Positions 30,499 to 41,068 of a DNA stretch of 64,000 nt are shown piece by piece. Both the position numbers and the translations under genes were made by a program. Below the pieces are notes generated by a model. That model saw nothing but the letters and a program-made list of their open reading frames with translations, ran no database searches and was not told where the DNA came from. Position 1 is the stretch's first letter, and each line of letters starts with the position of its first letter. The stretch is from an uncultured delta proteobacterium (GTDB taxonomy: Bacteria; Desulfobacterota; Binatia; UBA9968). Location of the stretch: positions 1-64,000 of the forward strand of contig CAWDPO010000038.1 in assembly GCA_963804165.1 (NCBI GenBank), written 5' to 3'.

Positions 30499-31560
30499 GT
30501 GAATCGAAACTGGCTCGTGACGGGGTTTTTCTTCGCACTGCTGCTGCTCATTCTATACGGCGCCTTTTTGGTCCTCACTCCGTTTCTCAGGGCGATCACC
30601 TGGGCGCTGATTCTCGCCATTCTCTTTTATCCGTTGTACGCGTGGCTGCTGCGATTGTTACGCGGGCGCGCGACGCTGGCTGCGCTTTTGGTCATTGTGA
30701 TCATCACGACTTTAGTCATCGTGCCCGGCATTCAGCTCGCGTGGTTTCTGTCCGACGAGACGGTGTCGCTGGTCCAAACGGTTCGCGCGCTCCTGGATGA
30801 GGAAGGCAAGCAACAATGGCTGGCGCAGCCGTGGGTCCAGCACGTGCTGAGCTGGTGGAACATGGTGACGTTCCGATTGGTGGACTTTAAGATCAACTGG
30901 AAAGATCTACTGATTCAAGGGGCACAGTCATCATCGACGGTGATCGTCGCGCAAGTCAAAGGGATCGCCCAGAACGTGCTACTTTTCGCGGTCAACTTTT
31001 TCCTCGCCCTTTTCACGCTGTTTTTCTTTTTGCGCGATGGCGCGGCTTTCGTCGGCTGGGCGCAACGGCTGCTGCCGATGGACCGTGAAGATCAAGCGCG
31101 GCTGTTTAGAAACATCGAGGACGCGGTCACCGCGGTGGTGCACGGAGCGTTGGTCGTGGCGATGATCCAGGGCTTGCTCGCGGGATTGGGCTACTGGGTT
31201 TTGGGCGTGCCTTTTTCGGTCCTGTGGGGCGTGATCACGGCCTTTGCCGCGCTGGTGCCGTTCGGCGGTACGACGCTGGTCACGATTCCCGTGTCGCTTT
31301 ATCTATTTTTCCAAGGGGAGAACGCCAGAGGGATTTTCATGCTCATCTGGGGCCTTGGGGTGGTCGTGACCATCGATAACGTTTTGAAGCCGTTGTTCAT
31401 CGGTACTCGAATCAAACTTCCCATGTTGGTACTCTTCTTTGGCATTCTCGGCGGTCTGAGTGTATTTGGTGCGCTAGGCCTGATCCTTGGACCGGTGCTG
31501 TTCGCGCTGCTTGCCGTATTACTCGATCTCTACGCGGAAGAGTACGGCGCCAACGAGTAG
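30499..31560 (+). CDS. AI-2E family transporter
   Basis: Multi-TM protein with LFFFLRDG, IDNVLKPLFIG and GILGGLSVFGALGLILGP motifs. Confidence 0.92.
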   Translation: MNRNWLVTGFFFALLLLILYGAFLVLTPFLRAITWALILAILFYPLYAWLLRLLRGRATLAALLVIVIITTLVIVPGIQLAWFLSDETVSLVQTVRALLDEEGKQQWLAQPWVQHVLSWWNMVTFRLVDFKINWKDLLIQGAQSSSTVIVAQVKGIAQNVLLFAVNFFLALFTLFFFLRDGAAFVGWAQRLLPMDREDQARLFRNIEDAVTAVVHGALVVAMIQGLLAGLGYWVLGVPFSVLWGVITAFAALVPFGGTTLVTIPVSLYLFFQGENARGIFMLIWGLGVVVTIDNVLKPLFIGTRIKLPMLVLFFGILGGLSVFGALGLILGPVLFALLAVLLDLYAEEYGANE

Positions 31561-31634
31561 GACGAGCCAACGGTGATTGCGTATAAATCCAGTCTCGGTT
31601 ATGAAACCGTTAGAAGACGTTTTCGGGAGGGATC

Positions 31635-32132
31635 ATGGCTGACGATCTGCAAATCAAACGCGAAATTGTCCTTGAAGCGGACGCTGAGACCTTGGAGCGC
31701 ATGCGCAAGGAAGGGCACGCCCGCGGCTTCACGGTTTTTTGCGATGAAGGAGAGCGCATCGGCGGTGATAACACCGCGCCGCCGCCATTGGCGTATTTTG
31801 GTTTGTCGGTGGGGTTTTGACTGCTGACGCAAATTTCCCGGTACGGGGAAATGCTCAAGACTCATATCGATAAAGCCAAGGTCTACGTCACGGCGCGTTT
31901 CAAGAACGAGGGCTCAGTGTTACGTGAAACCGTGCAGGCAGAAGGTCTGGGAGTCGAAACGCGCTGTGAAATCACATCCAGCGAGTCGCCGGAAAAAGTC
32001 GCCAAGGTTGTACGAAACGCCGAGGCGGGTTGCTATGTGATCCAGACGATCCGCAAGCCGACAGAAGTGAAGAGCGAATATTCACTGAACGGCGCGGCGT
32101 TCGATCCGGCCGCTTTTGCAAAGAAAACATAG
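31635..32132 (+). CDS. OsmC/Ohr-like protein, probable selenoprotein (in-frame TGA at 31818-31820)
   Basis: ORFs 31635..31820 and 31851..32132 are in frame. DEGERIGGDNTAPPPLAYF..SVGF-U-LLTQ places TGA at the catalytic Cys site; second Cys is in AEAGCYV; a hairpin follows. Confidence 0.8.
31829..31854 (+). promoter_or_regulatory. SECIS-like stem-loop
   Basis: ATTTCCC-GGTACG-GGGAAAT, with the stem starting 12 nt after the TGA and G residues in the apical loop. Confidence 0.65.
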
Positions 32133-32168
32133 GCGGGTGCGATCGACTTTTAGGAAGGAGATACGGTA

Positions 32169-32414
32169 ATGGCGAAGGAAACAGAATTTTTCGATATTCG
32201 GTACAAGGAAGGCTCTTTGGATCCCAAGACCGCGGAGTTCATCAAATTCGCGGTCAATCTCGCCATCGGCCACGAGCACGGCGCGAAGCTCCATTTAGAC
32301 CGGGCGCGCAAATGTGGCGCCAGCGAAGACGAAGTGACGGAAGCCGTGGTTTACGCCGTACGGCCGGTGGCGGCTAAAGTGCGCAATTTTGCCAAGGCGA
32401 TCATCGCGAAATAG
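32169..32414 (+). CDS. Carboxymuconolactone decarboxylase/AhpD-like protein
   Basis: LDPKTAEFIKFAV...HLDRARKCGASEDEVTEAV. Strong RBS AGGAG. Confidence 0.75.
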   Translation: MAKETEFFDIRYKEGSLDPKTAEFIKFAVNLAIGHEHGAKLHLDRARKCGASEDEVTEAVVYAVRPVAAKVRNFAKAIIAK

Positions 32415-32450
32415 CGTGGTAAAGGCGCAACGAAAGTAAAACAGACGCCT

Positions 32451-32623
32451 CACCACGAAGGTCACGAAGAGCACGAAGGGTTCGGATGGTTCACCGTGGA
32501 GACGCTGAGGACGCGGAGAGTTTGAAGATTCATAACTTCTGTACACTGTGTGTCGCTGCGGTGAAAACTGATTTTGATGTATGCAGGCTCCTAACCTTCG
32601 TGTCCTTCGTGCGCTTCGTGGTG
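32451..32623. repeat. Nested 9-mer inverted repeat element
   Basis: caccacgaaggtcacgaagagcacgaag faces cttcgtgtccttcgtgcgcttcgtggtg. An inner pair runs from caccgtggagacgctgag to cgctgcggtg. Confidence 0.8.
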
Positions 32624-32656
32624 AATAATATTTAGGACGAATCGAGTAGAGCAATT

Positions 32657-33511
32657 ATGAACCCGTGGACGATCGACGTTAACGAAGAAAATTTCGAAGC
32701 GGAAGTGTTGGAGCGCTCAACTCAAGTTCCAGTTCTGGTGGATTTCTGGGCTGAGTGGTGCGGGCCGTGCAAAGTTCTGGGGCCCGTGCTCGAGAAACTC
32801 GCCGGCGAATACGCCGGCGAATTCATTATTGCAAAGGTCAATGTCGATGAAAACCAGGGCTTGGCGGGCGCCTTCGGCATCCAAGGCATCCCGGCGGTGA
32901 AACTGTTCAAGGACGGTGAGCTGGCGTCGGAATTTACCGGCGCGTTGCCGGAGCCGATGCTGCGCGAGTTCTTGTCAAAGTTTTTACCGACGGCGGCGGA
33001 TAAACAGGTGCAGGAAGCTCAGGCTCTCGAAAATGACGGCAAGACCGATGAAGCGAAAGCGCTTTACCAGGAGATTCTCGCCGCCGATCCAAACCACGTC
33101 AAAGCGCTGCTCGGGCTCGGACGTCTGGCGCTGAACGAAGGCGACGCCGCTGCCGCAATGGAGTATCTTGACAAAATACCGATCGTCGCCGACGAGCGTA
33201 AAGAAGCCGATCGGCTGATCGCGCGGCTCAGTCTCCAGAGCGGCGCGGCCGAAAATGAAGCGGCGTTGCGCGAAAAGGTAAAAGCGGAACCGAACAATAT
33301 TGCGGCGCGATTCGAGTTGGCCCAGGCGCTGGCGGCCACGGAAAAATACGATGAGGCGCTAAAAGAGTTTCTCACTGTCGTCAAGACCGATCGCGCGTTC
33401 CAAGACGACGGCGCGCGCAAAGCGATGATTCAGATCTTCGAAGTGCTCGGTTCTGAGGATCCTCTGACCGACAAATATCGCTCGGAGCTTGCGGCGGCGC
33501 TGTTTCGTTAA
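32657..33511 (+). CDS. Thioredoxin-TPR chaperedoxin (YbbN/CnoX-like)
   Basis: DFWAEWCGPCK followed by TPR helices and C-terminal YRSELAAALF. Confidence 0.92.
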   Translation: MNPWTIDVNEENFEAEVLERSTQVPVLVDFWAEWCGPCKVLGPVLEKLAGEYAGEFIIAKVNVDENQGLAGAFGIQGIPAVKLFKDGELASEFTGALPEPMLREFLSKFLPTAADKQVQEAQALENDGKTDEAKALYQEILAADPNHVKALLGLGRLALNEGDAAAAMEYLDKIPIVADERKEADRLIARLSLQSGAAENEAALREKVKAEPNNIAARFELAQALAATEKYDEALKEFLTVVKTDRAFQDDGARKAMIQIFEVLGSEDPLTDKYRSELAAALFR

Positions 33512-33528
33512 CCGGATCGGAGAGTATG

Positions 33529-33611
33529 CACCGCAGAGGCGCTGAGGACGCAGAGTAAAGAGTTTTGACTAGAATTACTCCGAACTCTGCGAACTCCGTA
33601 CCTCTGCGGTG
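33529..33611. repeat. 9-mer inverted repeat element
   Basis: caccgcagaggcgctgaggacgcagag faces ctctgcgaactccgtacctctgcggtg. Confidence 0.75.
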
Positions 33612-33633
33612 GGAGCCTGGCGCAGAAGGCAGA

Positions 33634-34101
33634 ATGAGTATGATCACTTTGGCACAATCGAATCGCATCATCGAGGCGATCTTCGCCCGCGGTCGCGAAT
33701 TGAGCTGTCGTCCGCTCAGCGTCATCGTCGTCGAGCCCGGAGCAAAAGTTAAAGCATTTCAGAAAGAAGACGACTCGGCCATGATGCGATTCGAGATGGC
33801 CTACGGTAAAGCGTACGCCGCGCTGGCCCTGGGACGTTCGTCATCACTCGTGCGCATGCGCACGGAAGAGCGACCGCTGTTTATGCAGTATTTGATCCGT
33901 GCCTCCGACGACCAGATTTTTCCCGAAGGCGGCGGCATGCTGATCCGGGACCAGCACGGCGAGTTGCTCGGCGCCGTCGGGGTCACCGGCGATACCCAGG
34001 AACGTGACGAGGAGCTTGCCGCTCACGGCATCCGCGCCGCCGGACTCAAGACCGACGAAGACTGCGCGAATCTGGGAACGAAAGTGCGGTTGGAGAATTA
34101 A
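33634..34101 (+). CDS. GlcG/HbpS family heme-binding protein
   Basis: AYGKAYAALALG, GGGMLIRD..G.LLGAVGVTGD. Confidence 0.88.
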   Translation: MSMITLAQSNRIIEAIFARGRELSCRPLSVIVVEPGAKVKAFQKEDDSAMMRFEMAYGKAYAALALGRSSSLVRMRTEERPLFMQYLIRASDDQIFPEGGGMLIRDQHGELLGAVGVTGDTQERDEELAAHGIRAAGLKTDEDCANLGTKVRLEN

Positions 34102-34119
34102 AACTTCAAACCCGGGGGA

Positions 34120-34180
34120 TTGGAGTAGTGGAGTAATGCTTCCGGCCAATACTCCAGCATTCCAGTACTCCAGCACTCCA
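34120..34180. repeat. 8-mer inverted repeat between convergent genes
   Basis: tggagtagtggagtaatg faces caatactccagcattccagtactccagcactcca. Confidence 0.75.
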
Positions 34181-34187
34181 TTCTCTC

Positions 34188-35898
34188 TCACGCAATCCAT
34201 TCCGACACCGGCGCTTTGGCTTCGTGCAGCGGCTGGCATACGATGTCGACCAGACTCGGTCCGCCGTGCGCGAGCGCTTCATTCAATGCCTTACCCAATT
34301 CGCTCGGCTCGGTGACGCGCCAGCTTTTGACGCCGAACGCCGCAGCGACGGCGGCGTGATCCGTAACGGCGAAATCCACGGCGAAATAGCGCTGGCCGTA
34401 ACCTGAGCTTTTGTCCCGCTTTGATCCAGCCGTAGCTCGCGTTCGAAATCACAATAAAAGTAATCGGCAGCGCGATAGCGCGCCGCGGTCTCCAGCTCGC
34501 CGCAGGTAAAACCGAAACTGCCGTCGCCCATGACCGACACGCACTTGACTTCCGGCTGCGCGAAATGCGCGCCCATCGCCGCCGCCATCGAGTAACCGAG
34601 CGCGCCGTGAGCGCGGTTGGAGAATAACCCGCTGCCGGTGCCGCGCACTTGATAATAAGCGGAAAAATACGGGCAGGGCGTGCCGGCGTCGGCGACCACG
34701 ATGGCGTCGGCATCGAGGCGTGCGTGCAAGCTCCGCGACCACGCGCTCCGGTTTGATCGGCGGCTCGGTCGGACTCGGCGAGGGCTTGGAACTTGGCGAA
34801 TTTCTGTTCTTTGGCGATTCCACTCGCGACGCGTCCAGCGGCCGGTGCGTGCCTGCCAGCGCTTCATTCAACATTCTCAGTCCGACCTTGGCATCGCCGA
34901 TCAGCGGCACAGTCCACCGGATAATTGGCCCCGGGCACCGCCGGGTCGACGTCGAGATGAATTACTTTGATTCTTCCCCGGTACAGGATGGCGCCAGCGT
35001 TCGGTGGTTACGGAGCCGGCACGGCAGCCGATGAAGAAGACCACATCGGCCTGATCGACCATCGCGCGCGTTTCCGGCGTGCCGCCATTGGAGCCGACAA
35101 CGCCGATCGCCAGCGGGTGGTCTTCGCCGATCGAACCTTTGCCGCTGATCGTCGTCGCCACCGATGCCGAGAGCCGCTCCGCGAGCTCGAGGAGCTCGCC
35201 CTCGGCCTCGGAAAGCATCACGCCCGCCGCCGCAGATGAAAACCGCGCTGGCGGCATCACGCAGCACGGCGGCGGCGCGCTCGACGAAATCACGCATCGG
35301 GCGCGACGCGTTCGGCCGGATAGCGGCCGAATCTCGCATCGCCCCAGATTTCGGATTTATTGACCGAACCGTTTTGCACGTCGAAGGGCAGGGCGATATG
35401 CGCGGCGCCGGGCCGGCCGGTGGTGATTTGTTTGAACGCGGCGCGAAAAATGCGCGGCAGATCCTCGGCGCGGTCGAGCACCGCGTTCCACTTCGTTACC
35501 GGACGCATGAGCGCGCCTTGATCGAGCTCGGTGAGCGTGTAGCGGCCGCGCGCGGCGACGGAAATGTCGGAGTTGATGCAAAGCAGTGGTACTGAAGACT
35601 CGTTGGCTTCAGCAAGACCCGGCAGAATATAAGTCACGCCGCCGCCGCTCGGGCCTTCGCACACGCCGACCTTGCCGGAGACGCGCGCGTAGCCGTCCGC
35701 CATGTAAGCGGCCGAGCGCTCGTCGCGCGCGAGGATGTGGCGCATGCCGTGCGGCAGCCGCGCCAGCGCGTCGTAAAACGGCAGGCTGGTATCGCCGCAA
35801 AGTCCGAAGAGGATCTCGACGCCGTGGGCTTTGAACATTTCCACCGCGGCTTCGGCGCCGGTGAGTGTCGAGAGTTTCGATTCAGCAGCTTCACTCAT
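34188..35898 (-). pseudogene. Thiamine-pyrophosphate enzyme (acetolactate synthase large subunit-like), multiply frameshifted (possibly sequencing indels)
   Basis: FGLCGD, RDERSAAYMADGYAR, GRPGAAHIALP and the TPP motif GDGSF, spread over 5 ORFs. Confidence 0.8.
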
Positions 35899-36032
35899 GA
35901 TTCTTTTCGGCCTCTCTGCCCGGGGTCGCAGCGACCAAACGACAATCGCCGCCGAGGGCTTCAGCAATTTTCTCGATCGTATTATGATGAAGGCGGTGAA
36001 TACAATCTGATCGTTCGCTTCGATGGTCTTCT

Positions 36033-39000
36033 ATGATGACTCCGTCCGCCGATTCCACTGAACAAGCCGTGCAGGCCCTGGCGCGCGCGCTTTACCGGAA
36101 AGCGGCCGAGCATAAGCCGTCCCTTTTCGAGGCCAAGGACTTGCTCGGCCGGATGATCGACTGGTCGTCTCGAGGACGAGTCGCTGCGCGTCGCCTTGTT
36201 TCGTTTCGTCGACGTGCTGCCGAGCCTGGAATCGTCGGCCGAGATCGGCCGTCACCTGGAAGAATACTTCGCACGCGTCGACCATGCCCTGAGCGGTCTG
36301 GCTTTTCTCGCTCAGGCGCTGCACGCTGGAACCCTCGTTGCACCCGTCGTACGGCGCAATGTCGTGAAGCTGGCGCGCCGCTTCATCGCCGAAGAAAGCG
36401 GCGATCATCTAATCACAGTGCTGACCGGCCTAAGAAAGGAACCCGCCGCGTTCACGCTGGATGTCGTCGGCGAAGCGACCGTGAGCGACGCGGAAGCGAG
36501 CGCAATGCAACAGCGCTATCTCGAGCTCTTGCGCCGGCTGGCGAAAGCCAGTGCGGCCTGGCCGCCGTGCGCCCAGATCGATGACTCCCCTAACGGCAGC
36601 ATCCCACGGATCAATCTTTCGGTGAAGCTATCTTCACTGTGCGCGCGCTTCGATCCGCTGGATCCAAATACGGAAAGGGTCGTGCGCGAAAGATTGCGCG
36701 AGCTGTTTCGCGAAGCCGCCAAACTCGGCGCGGCCGTGACCGTCGACATGGAACAGTACGCCTTCAAGGATTTAACCCTGGAAATATTCCGCGGCGTATT
36801 GGCAGAAGAAGAATTTCACGCCGCGCCGCACGCCGCGGTTGCCCTGCAAGCGTATCTGAGAGACGCCGCGAGCGACGTTAGCGACTTGATTCGCTGGGCG
36901 CGCCGGCAAAAGCGGCGCATCGGCGTGCGCCTCGTGAAAGGCGCCTATTGGGACAGCGAGATCGCCTGGGCCCAACAAAAAGGCTGGCCGATACCGGTTT
37001 TCTTGGAGAAAGCGGAGACCGACGCGAGCTACGAGCGATTATCGAAGCTGTTGCTCCAGGGCCACGACGTGATCGATGCCGCATTCGGCAGCCACAACCT
37101 GCGCAGCCTGGCCCATGCCGTTGTCGCGGCGAAAGCGCTGGGCATTCCGCCCAACGGCTATGAAATCCAAATGCTCTACGGCATGGCCGAGCCGGTGCGC
37201 CAGGCGATGATTCAAAACGGCCAGCGAGTGCGCGTCTACTTGCCGGTGGGCGAGTTGCTGCCGGGGATTTCCTATCTCATCCGCCGGCTCATGGAAAACA
37301 CTTCCAATACTTCGTTTCTTCGGCAGACCTATGCCGACAAAAAAGACATCGCAAGTTTGATCAAGGCGCCGTCGGCGGCAATTGGACCGACGACAAATGC
37401 AGCCGTGCCTACGCCGTTGCAATCGAGTCAGTCGAACCCCTTCCGCAACGAACCGCCGATCGATTTTTCGCGGCGGGAAAACCGCGAGCGCTTCGCCGAG
37501 ACCCTCGAAAAAGTGCGCGCCGAATTCAAGCATAACGGCAAAAGGCGCAGCAGCGGTCAATGGCTCGAATCGGTCAATCCGGCAAACCCCAAAGAGATCG
37601 TCGGGCGAGTTCCCGTCGCGGGCATCGAAGAAACGGAAGAAGCGATCGAAACGGCGACGCGTTTCTTTCCCAAGTGGCGCGACACGCCGGTGCCGGAGCG
37701 CGCCAAGATTCTTTTCCACGCGGCTGAAGTCATGCGCCAAAAACGTTGGGAGCTTGCGGCGTGGGAAGTTTTCGAAGTCGGCAAGGGATGGCGCGAGGCG
37801 GACGCCGATGTCATCGAAGCGATCGATTATCTGGAATACTACGCGCGTGAGATGCTGCGTTTGGGTGAGACGCGCGAAACCCAGACTTTGGCCAGTGAAG
37901 CCAACACCTATTTCTACGAGCCGCGCGGCATCGCTGCGATCATCGCGCCGTGGAATTTTCCATTGGCCATCCTTACCGGCATGACGGCCGCGGCGCTCGT
38001 CACCGGAAATTGCGCGCTGATGAAGCCGGCGGAGCAGTCGCCGATCATGGCGGTGCATCTGCTCGACATCCTGCGCGAGGCGGGGTTGCCTAACGACGCC
38101 TGCCAGCTGCTCCAAGGCGGCGGCGAGATCGGCGCGCATCTCGTGCGCTCACCGCGGATTCATTTGATTGCGTTCACCGGCTCGCGGGACGTGGGTTTGG
38201 AAATTCTGCGCGAAGCCTATACCCACCGACCCGGGCAGCGGCACGTGAAACGGGTGGTGTGCGAGATGGGCGGAAAGAACGCCGTGATCGTCGACAACGA
38301 CGCCGATCTCGACGAAGCCGTATTTTATATCATCGACTCCGCCTTCGGTTACCAGGGGCAAAAATGCTCGGCGGCATCGCGGCTCATTTTGCTCGACGAG
38401 GTGCACGATCGTTTGCTCGCCCGCCTCGCGGAGGCGGTGCGCAGCCTGAAGGTCGGCCCGCCTGAAGATCCCCGCAATGCCGTCGGCCCAGTGATCGACG
38501 GCGAAGCCAAAGCGCGGGTCGCCGAATACATTCTGCTGGGCAAGCAAGAAGGGAAATGCGTTGTAGCCATGAACGCGCCGAAGGAGGGGTTTTTCATCGG
38601 TCCGGTGATTTTCAGCGAAGTCGATCCTAAGAGTCGGCTCGCCCAAGAGGAGATTTTCGGGCCCGTGCTCGCGGTCATGCGCGCGCATGATTTCGAACAT
38701 GCCCTGGAGATCGCAAACGACTCCGCCTTCGCCTTGACCGGCGGAATTTTTTCCCGCTCGCCGGCGCATATCGAAAAAGCGCGCAAGGAGTTTCGCGTCG
38801 GCAACCTCTATATTAATCGCGGCATCACCGGCGCGGTCGTAGAACGCCAGCCGTTCGGTGGGCTCAAACTCTCCGGGATCGGATCGAAAGCGGGCGGCCC
38901 AGATTATTTGCTGCAATTTATCGAGCCGCGCACCGTTTCCGAAAACACTCTGCGCCATGGATTCGTGCCGCCGGAGGGCTTAAAAAATTCGGGGAAGTAG
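36033..39000 (+). CDS. putA: Bifunctional proline dehydrogenase/P5C dehydrogenase; one frameshift near 36170
   Basis: LFRFVDVLP, RLVKGAYWD, EMGGKN, GQKCSA, QEEIFGP. Confidence 0.9.
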
Positions 39001-39001
39001 G

Positions 39002-39039
39002 CGTTCAAATCGTTCAAGCCGTTCAAAACGTTCAAATCG
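39002..39039. repeat. Tandem 9-mer repeat (CGTTCAAnn)x4
   Basis: cgttcaaat cgttcaagc cgttcaaaa cgttcaaat. Confidence 0.8.
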
Positions 39040-40035
39040 ATGAACCGAGACTCGAATGCAAAACCGCGCTGCGTTGTTTCGGAATCGACCTACCACGCGC
39101 CGTGGTGGTTGCCGGGTAGACATCTGCAAACGATTTACGCACGCGCCCTGGGACGAAACTATTCGGTTCGCTACCGCCGGGAGCGCTGGGAAACGCCTGA
39201 TGGCGACTTCATCGATCTCGATTGGCTTGACGACGTTCCGCAGAGCTCAGCCTTAGTGGTACTTTTTCATGGCTTGGAAGGCTGCTCGCAAAGCCATTAC
39301 GCGATCAGCCTGATGGCGGCGCTTGCCCGGGAAGGATGGGCCGGCGTGGTGCCGCATTTTCGCGGCTGCAGCGGCGAAGCAAATCGACTCAGGCGCTCGT
39401 ATCATTCGGGTGATTCGCGCGAGATTGATTGGATTCTCCGGCGCACCAAACGCGCGAACCCGCGGCAGCCAATTTACGTCGTCGGCGTATCGCTCGGCGG
39501 CAACATGCTTTTGAAATGGCTCGGCGAAGAAGGCGAGGCCGCATTGGCTATCGTCGAACGCGCGGTTGCGGTGTCGACGCCGATGGATCTTGGGGCCGCC
39601 GCCGCGGGACTCGATTGCGGTCTTAAGAGACTTATTTACACGAGTCACTTTCTTAGATACCTAAAACCGATGGCGCTGGCAAAGATCGCGCTGCACGGAT
39701 TAGCGATCGATGCGCGCGCGATACGCGCCAGTCTGACGTTCCGTCAGTTCGATGATCTCTTCACGGCGCCGATTCATGGTTTCAAAGACGCCAGTGATTA
39801 CTGGACGCGCGCAAGCAGCAAGCCCTGGCTAAAAAAAATCACCGTGCCGACGTTGCTCATCAACGCGCGGAACGATCCGTTTTTGCCGAGCGATGCCTTG
39901 CCCGATTCAACTGAAGTTTCCAGTTCCGTCATTTTGGATTTCCCCGCGACCGGCGGCCATGTCGGTTTCGTCTCGGGAAGATTTCCCGGCAACTTTGATT
40001 GGCTGCCGAATCGGATCGTGAAGTTCTTTCGGTAG
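39040..40035 (+). CDS. YheT-family alpha/beta hydrolase
   Basis: HLQTI, FHGLEG, GVSLGGN, NDPF, GGHVGF. Confidence 0.9.
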   Translation: MNRDSNAKPRCVVSESTYHAPWWLPGRHLQTIYARALGRNYSVRYRRERWETPDGDFIDLDWLDDVPQSSALVVLFHGLEGCSQSHYAISLMAALAREGWAGVVPHFRGCSGEANRLRRSYHSGDSREIDWILRRTKRANPRQPIYVVGVSLGGNMLLKWLGEEGEAALAIVERAVAVSTPMDLGAAAAGLDCGLKRLIYTSHFLRYLKPMALAKIALHGLAIDARAIRASLTFRQFDDLFTAPIHGFKDASDYWTRASSKPWLKKITVPTLLINARNDPFLPSDALPDSTEVSSSVILDFPATGGHVGFVSGRFPGNFDWLPNRIVKFFR

Positions 40036-40042
40036 CGAGGTT

Positions 40043-40981
40043 TTACGGCGTGAAAACTTCGTTCACCGACGAGAACGTCGCACCGGGTTGAGGGCCGCCG
40101 GCGATGACGTAGATCGACTGGCCGAGAACGGCGGCGCCGAGGCCGTGGCGCGCCGTCGGCATCGCTGCCCAGCGTTGCCATTTGTCGCTCGCTGGATCGT
40201 AAGATTCGACATCCCGGCGCGTGGCGCGATTGGACTCGCCGCCAAAAACGAAAACTTTGCCGTCCAGCACGGCGGCGGCGACGCCGCTGCGCACGGTGGG
40301 GATGGCGGCGCGCGACTGCCAGCGGTTCGTCTTGGGGTCGTATTCTTCGTTGTTTGGGATGCTGCGGTCATGATTGCCGTCGATGCGGCCGGCGATGGCG
40401 TAGAGCTTGCCGTTGACCCCACCGATCGCATGATGGTCTCGCGGTGTCGGCAAGGGCGCGCGCTTGGTCCAACGGTCCAGAGCGGGATCATACTCCTCGT
40501 TAGCGTCGGTATTCTTGCCGTTGATGCCGACGCCGCCGATTGCGTAGATCTTTCCGTCAACGATTCCGACCGCGAGCGCGCCGCGCGCAGTCGGCATGGA
40601 TTGTTTCGCGCTCCAGCGATCCACTGCTGGATCGTATTCATAGATCGTGGACACCGAACCAACGCCGGTCATGTAGCCGCCAATCAGGTAAATCCTGCCA
40701 TTGACGGCGGCGGCACCGATGTGATGCAGGGGTTTGGGCAAGGAAGCACGACGGCGCCAGGAGTTTTTTGCCGCTTCGTATTCCTCAAGCAAGTCACCGT
40801 TCTTGACATAACCGCCCATGAGATAGATTTTGCCGTTTAGCTCCGTGGCTGCCACTTCACTGCGCGGTGCTGACGCGGCCGCCCGACCTTGCCATTTGCC
40901 CGGCAATTCCGCCCCGGTGCCAGATCCGACGAGGAAGAGGCCCTGCAAAGTGAGAACAACGGTCAGGATTTTCGCTCGCAT
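40043..40981 (-). CDS. Secreted Kelch-repeat beta-propeller protein
   Basis: Six repeats of GKIYxxGG...YDPxxxxW and a signal peptide. Confidence 0.9.
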   Translation of the reverse strand: MRAKILTVVLTLQGLFLVGSGTGAELPGKWQGRAAASAPRSEVAATELNGKIYLMGGYVKNGDLLEEYEAAKNSWRRRASLPKPLHHIGAAAVNGRIYLIGGYMTGVGSVSTIYEYDPAVDRWSAKQSMPTARGALAVGIVDGKIYAIGGVGINGKNTDANEEYDPALDRWTKRAPLPTPRDHHAIGGVNGKLYAIAGRIDGNHDRSIPNNEEYDPKTNRWQSRAAIPTVRSGVAAAVLDGKVFVFGGESNRATRRDVESYDPASDKWQRWAAMPTARHGLGAAVLGQSIYVIAGGPQPGATFSSVNEVFTP

Positions 40982-41068
40982 GAAGGCTCTCGGTAAAGAC
41001 GGGCGCTGATCAGTTAGCAGCGTATGGCAGAGATCTGGCTAGCGAACGCTGTCAAGCGCTCACGAAAC

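Noticed and set aside
1-30500. Classical integron
   Set aside because: No IntI tyrosine recombinase in the window, and junctions lack consistent RYYYAAC...GTTRRRY attC ends. The integron comparison is only an analogy.
33565-33633. N-terminal extension of the GlcG-like ORF
   Set aside because: It is translated from the 9-mer inverted repeat arm. The domain begins at MSMITL.
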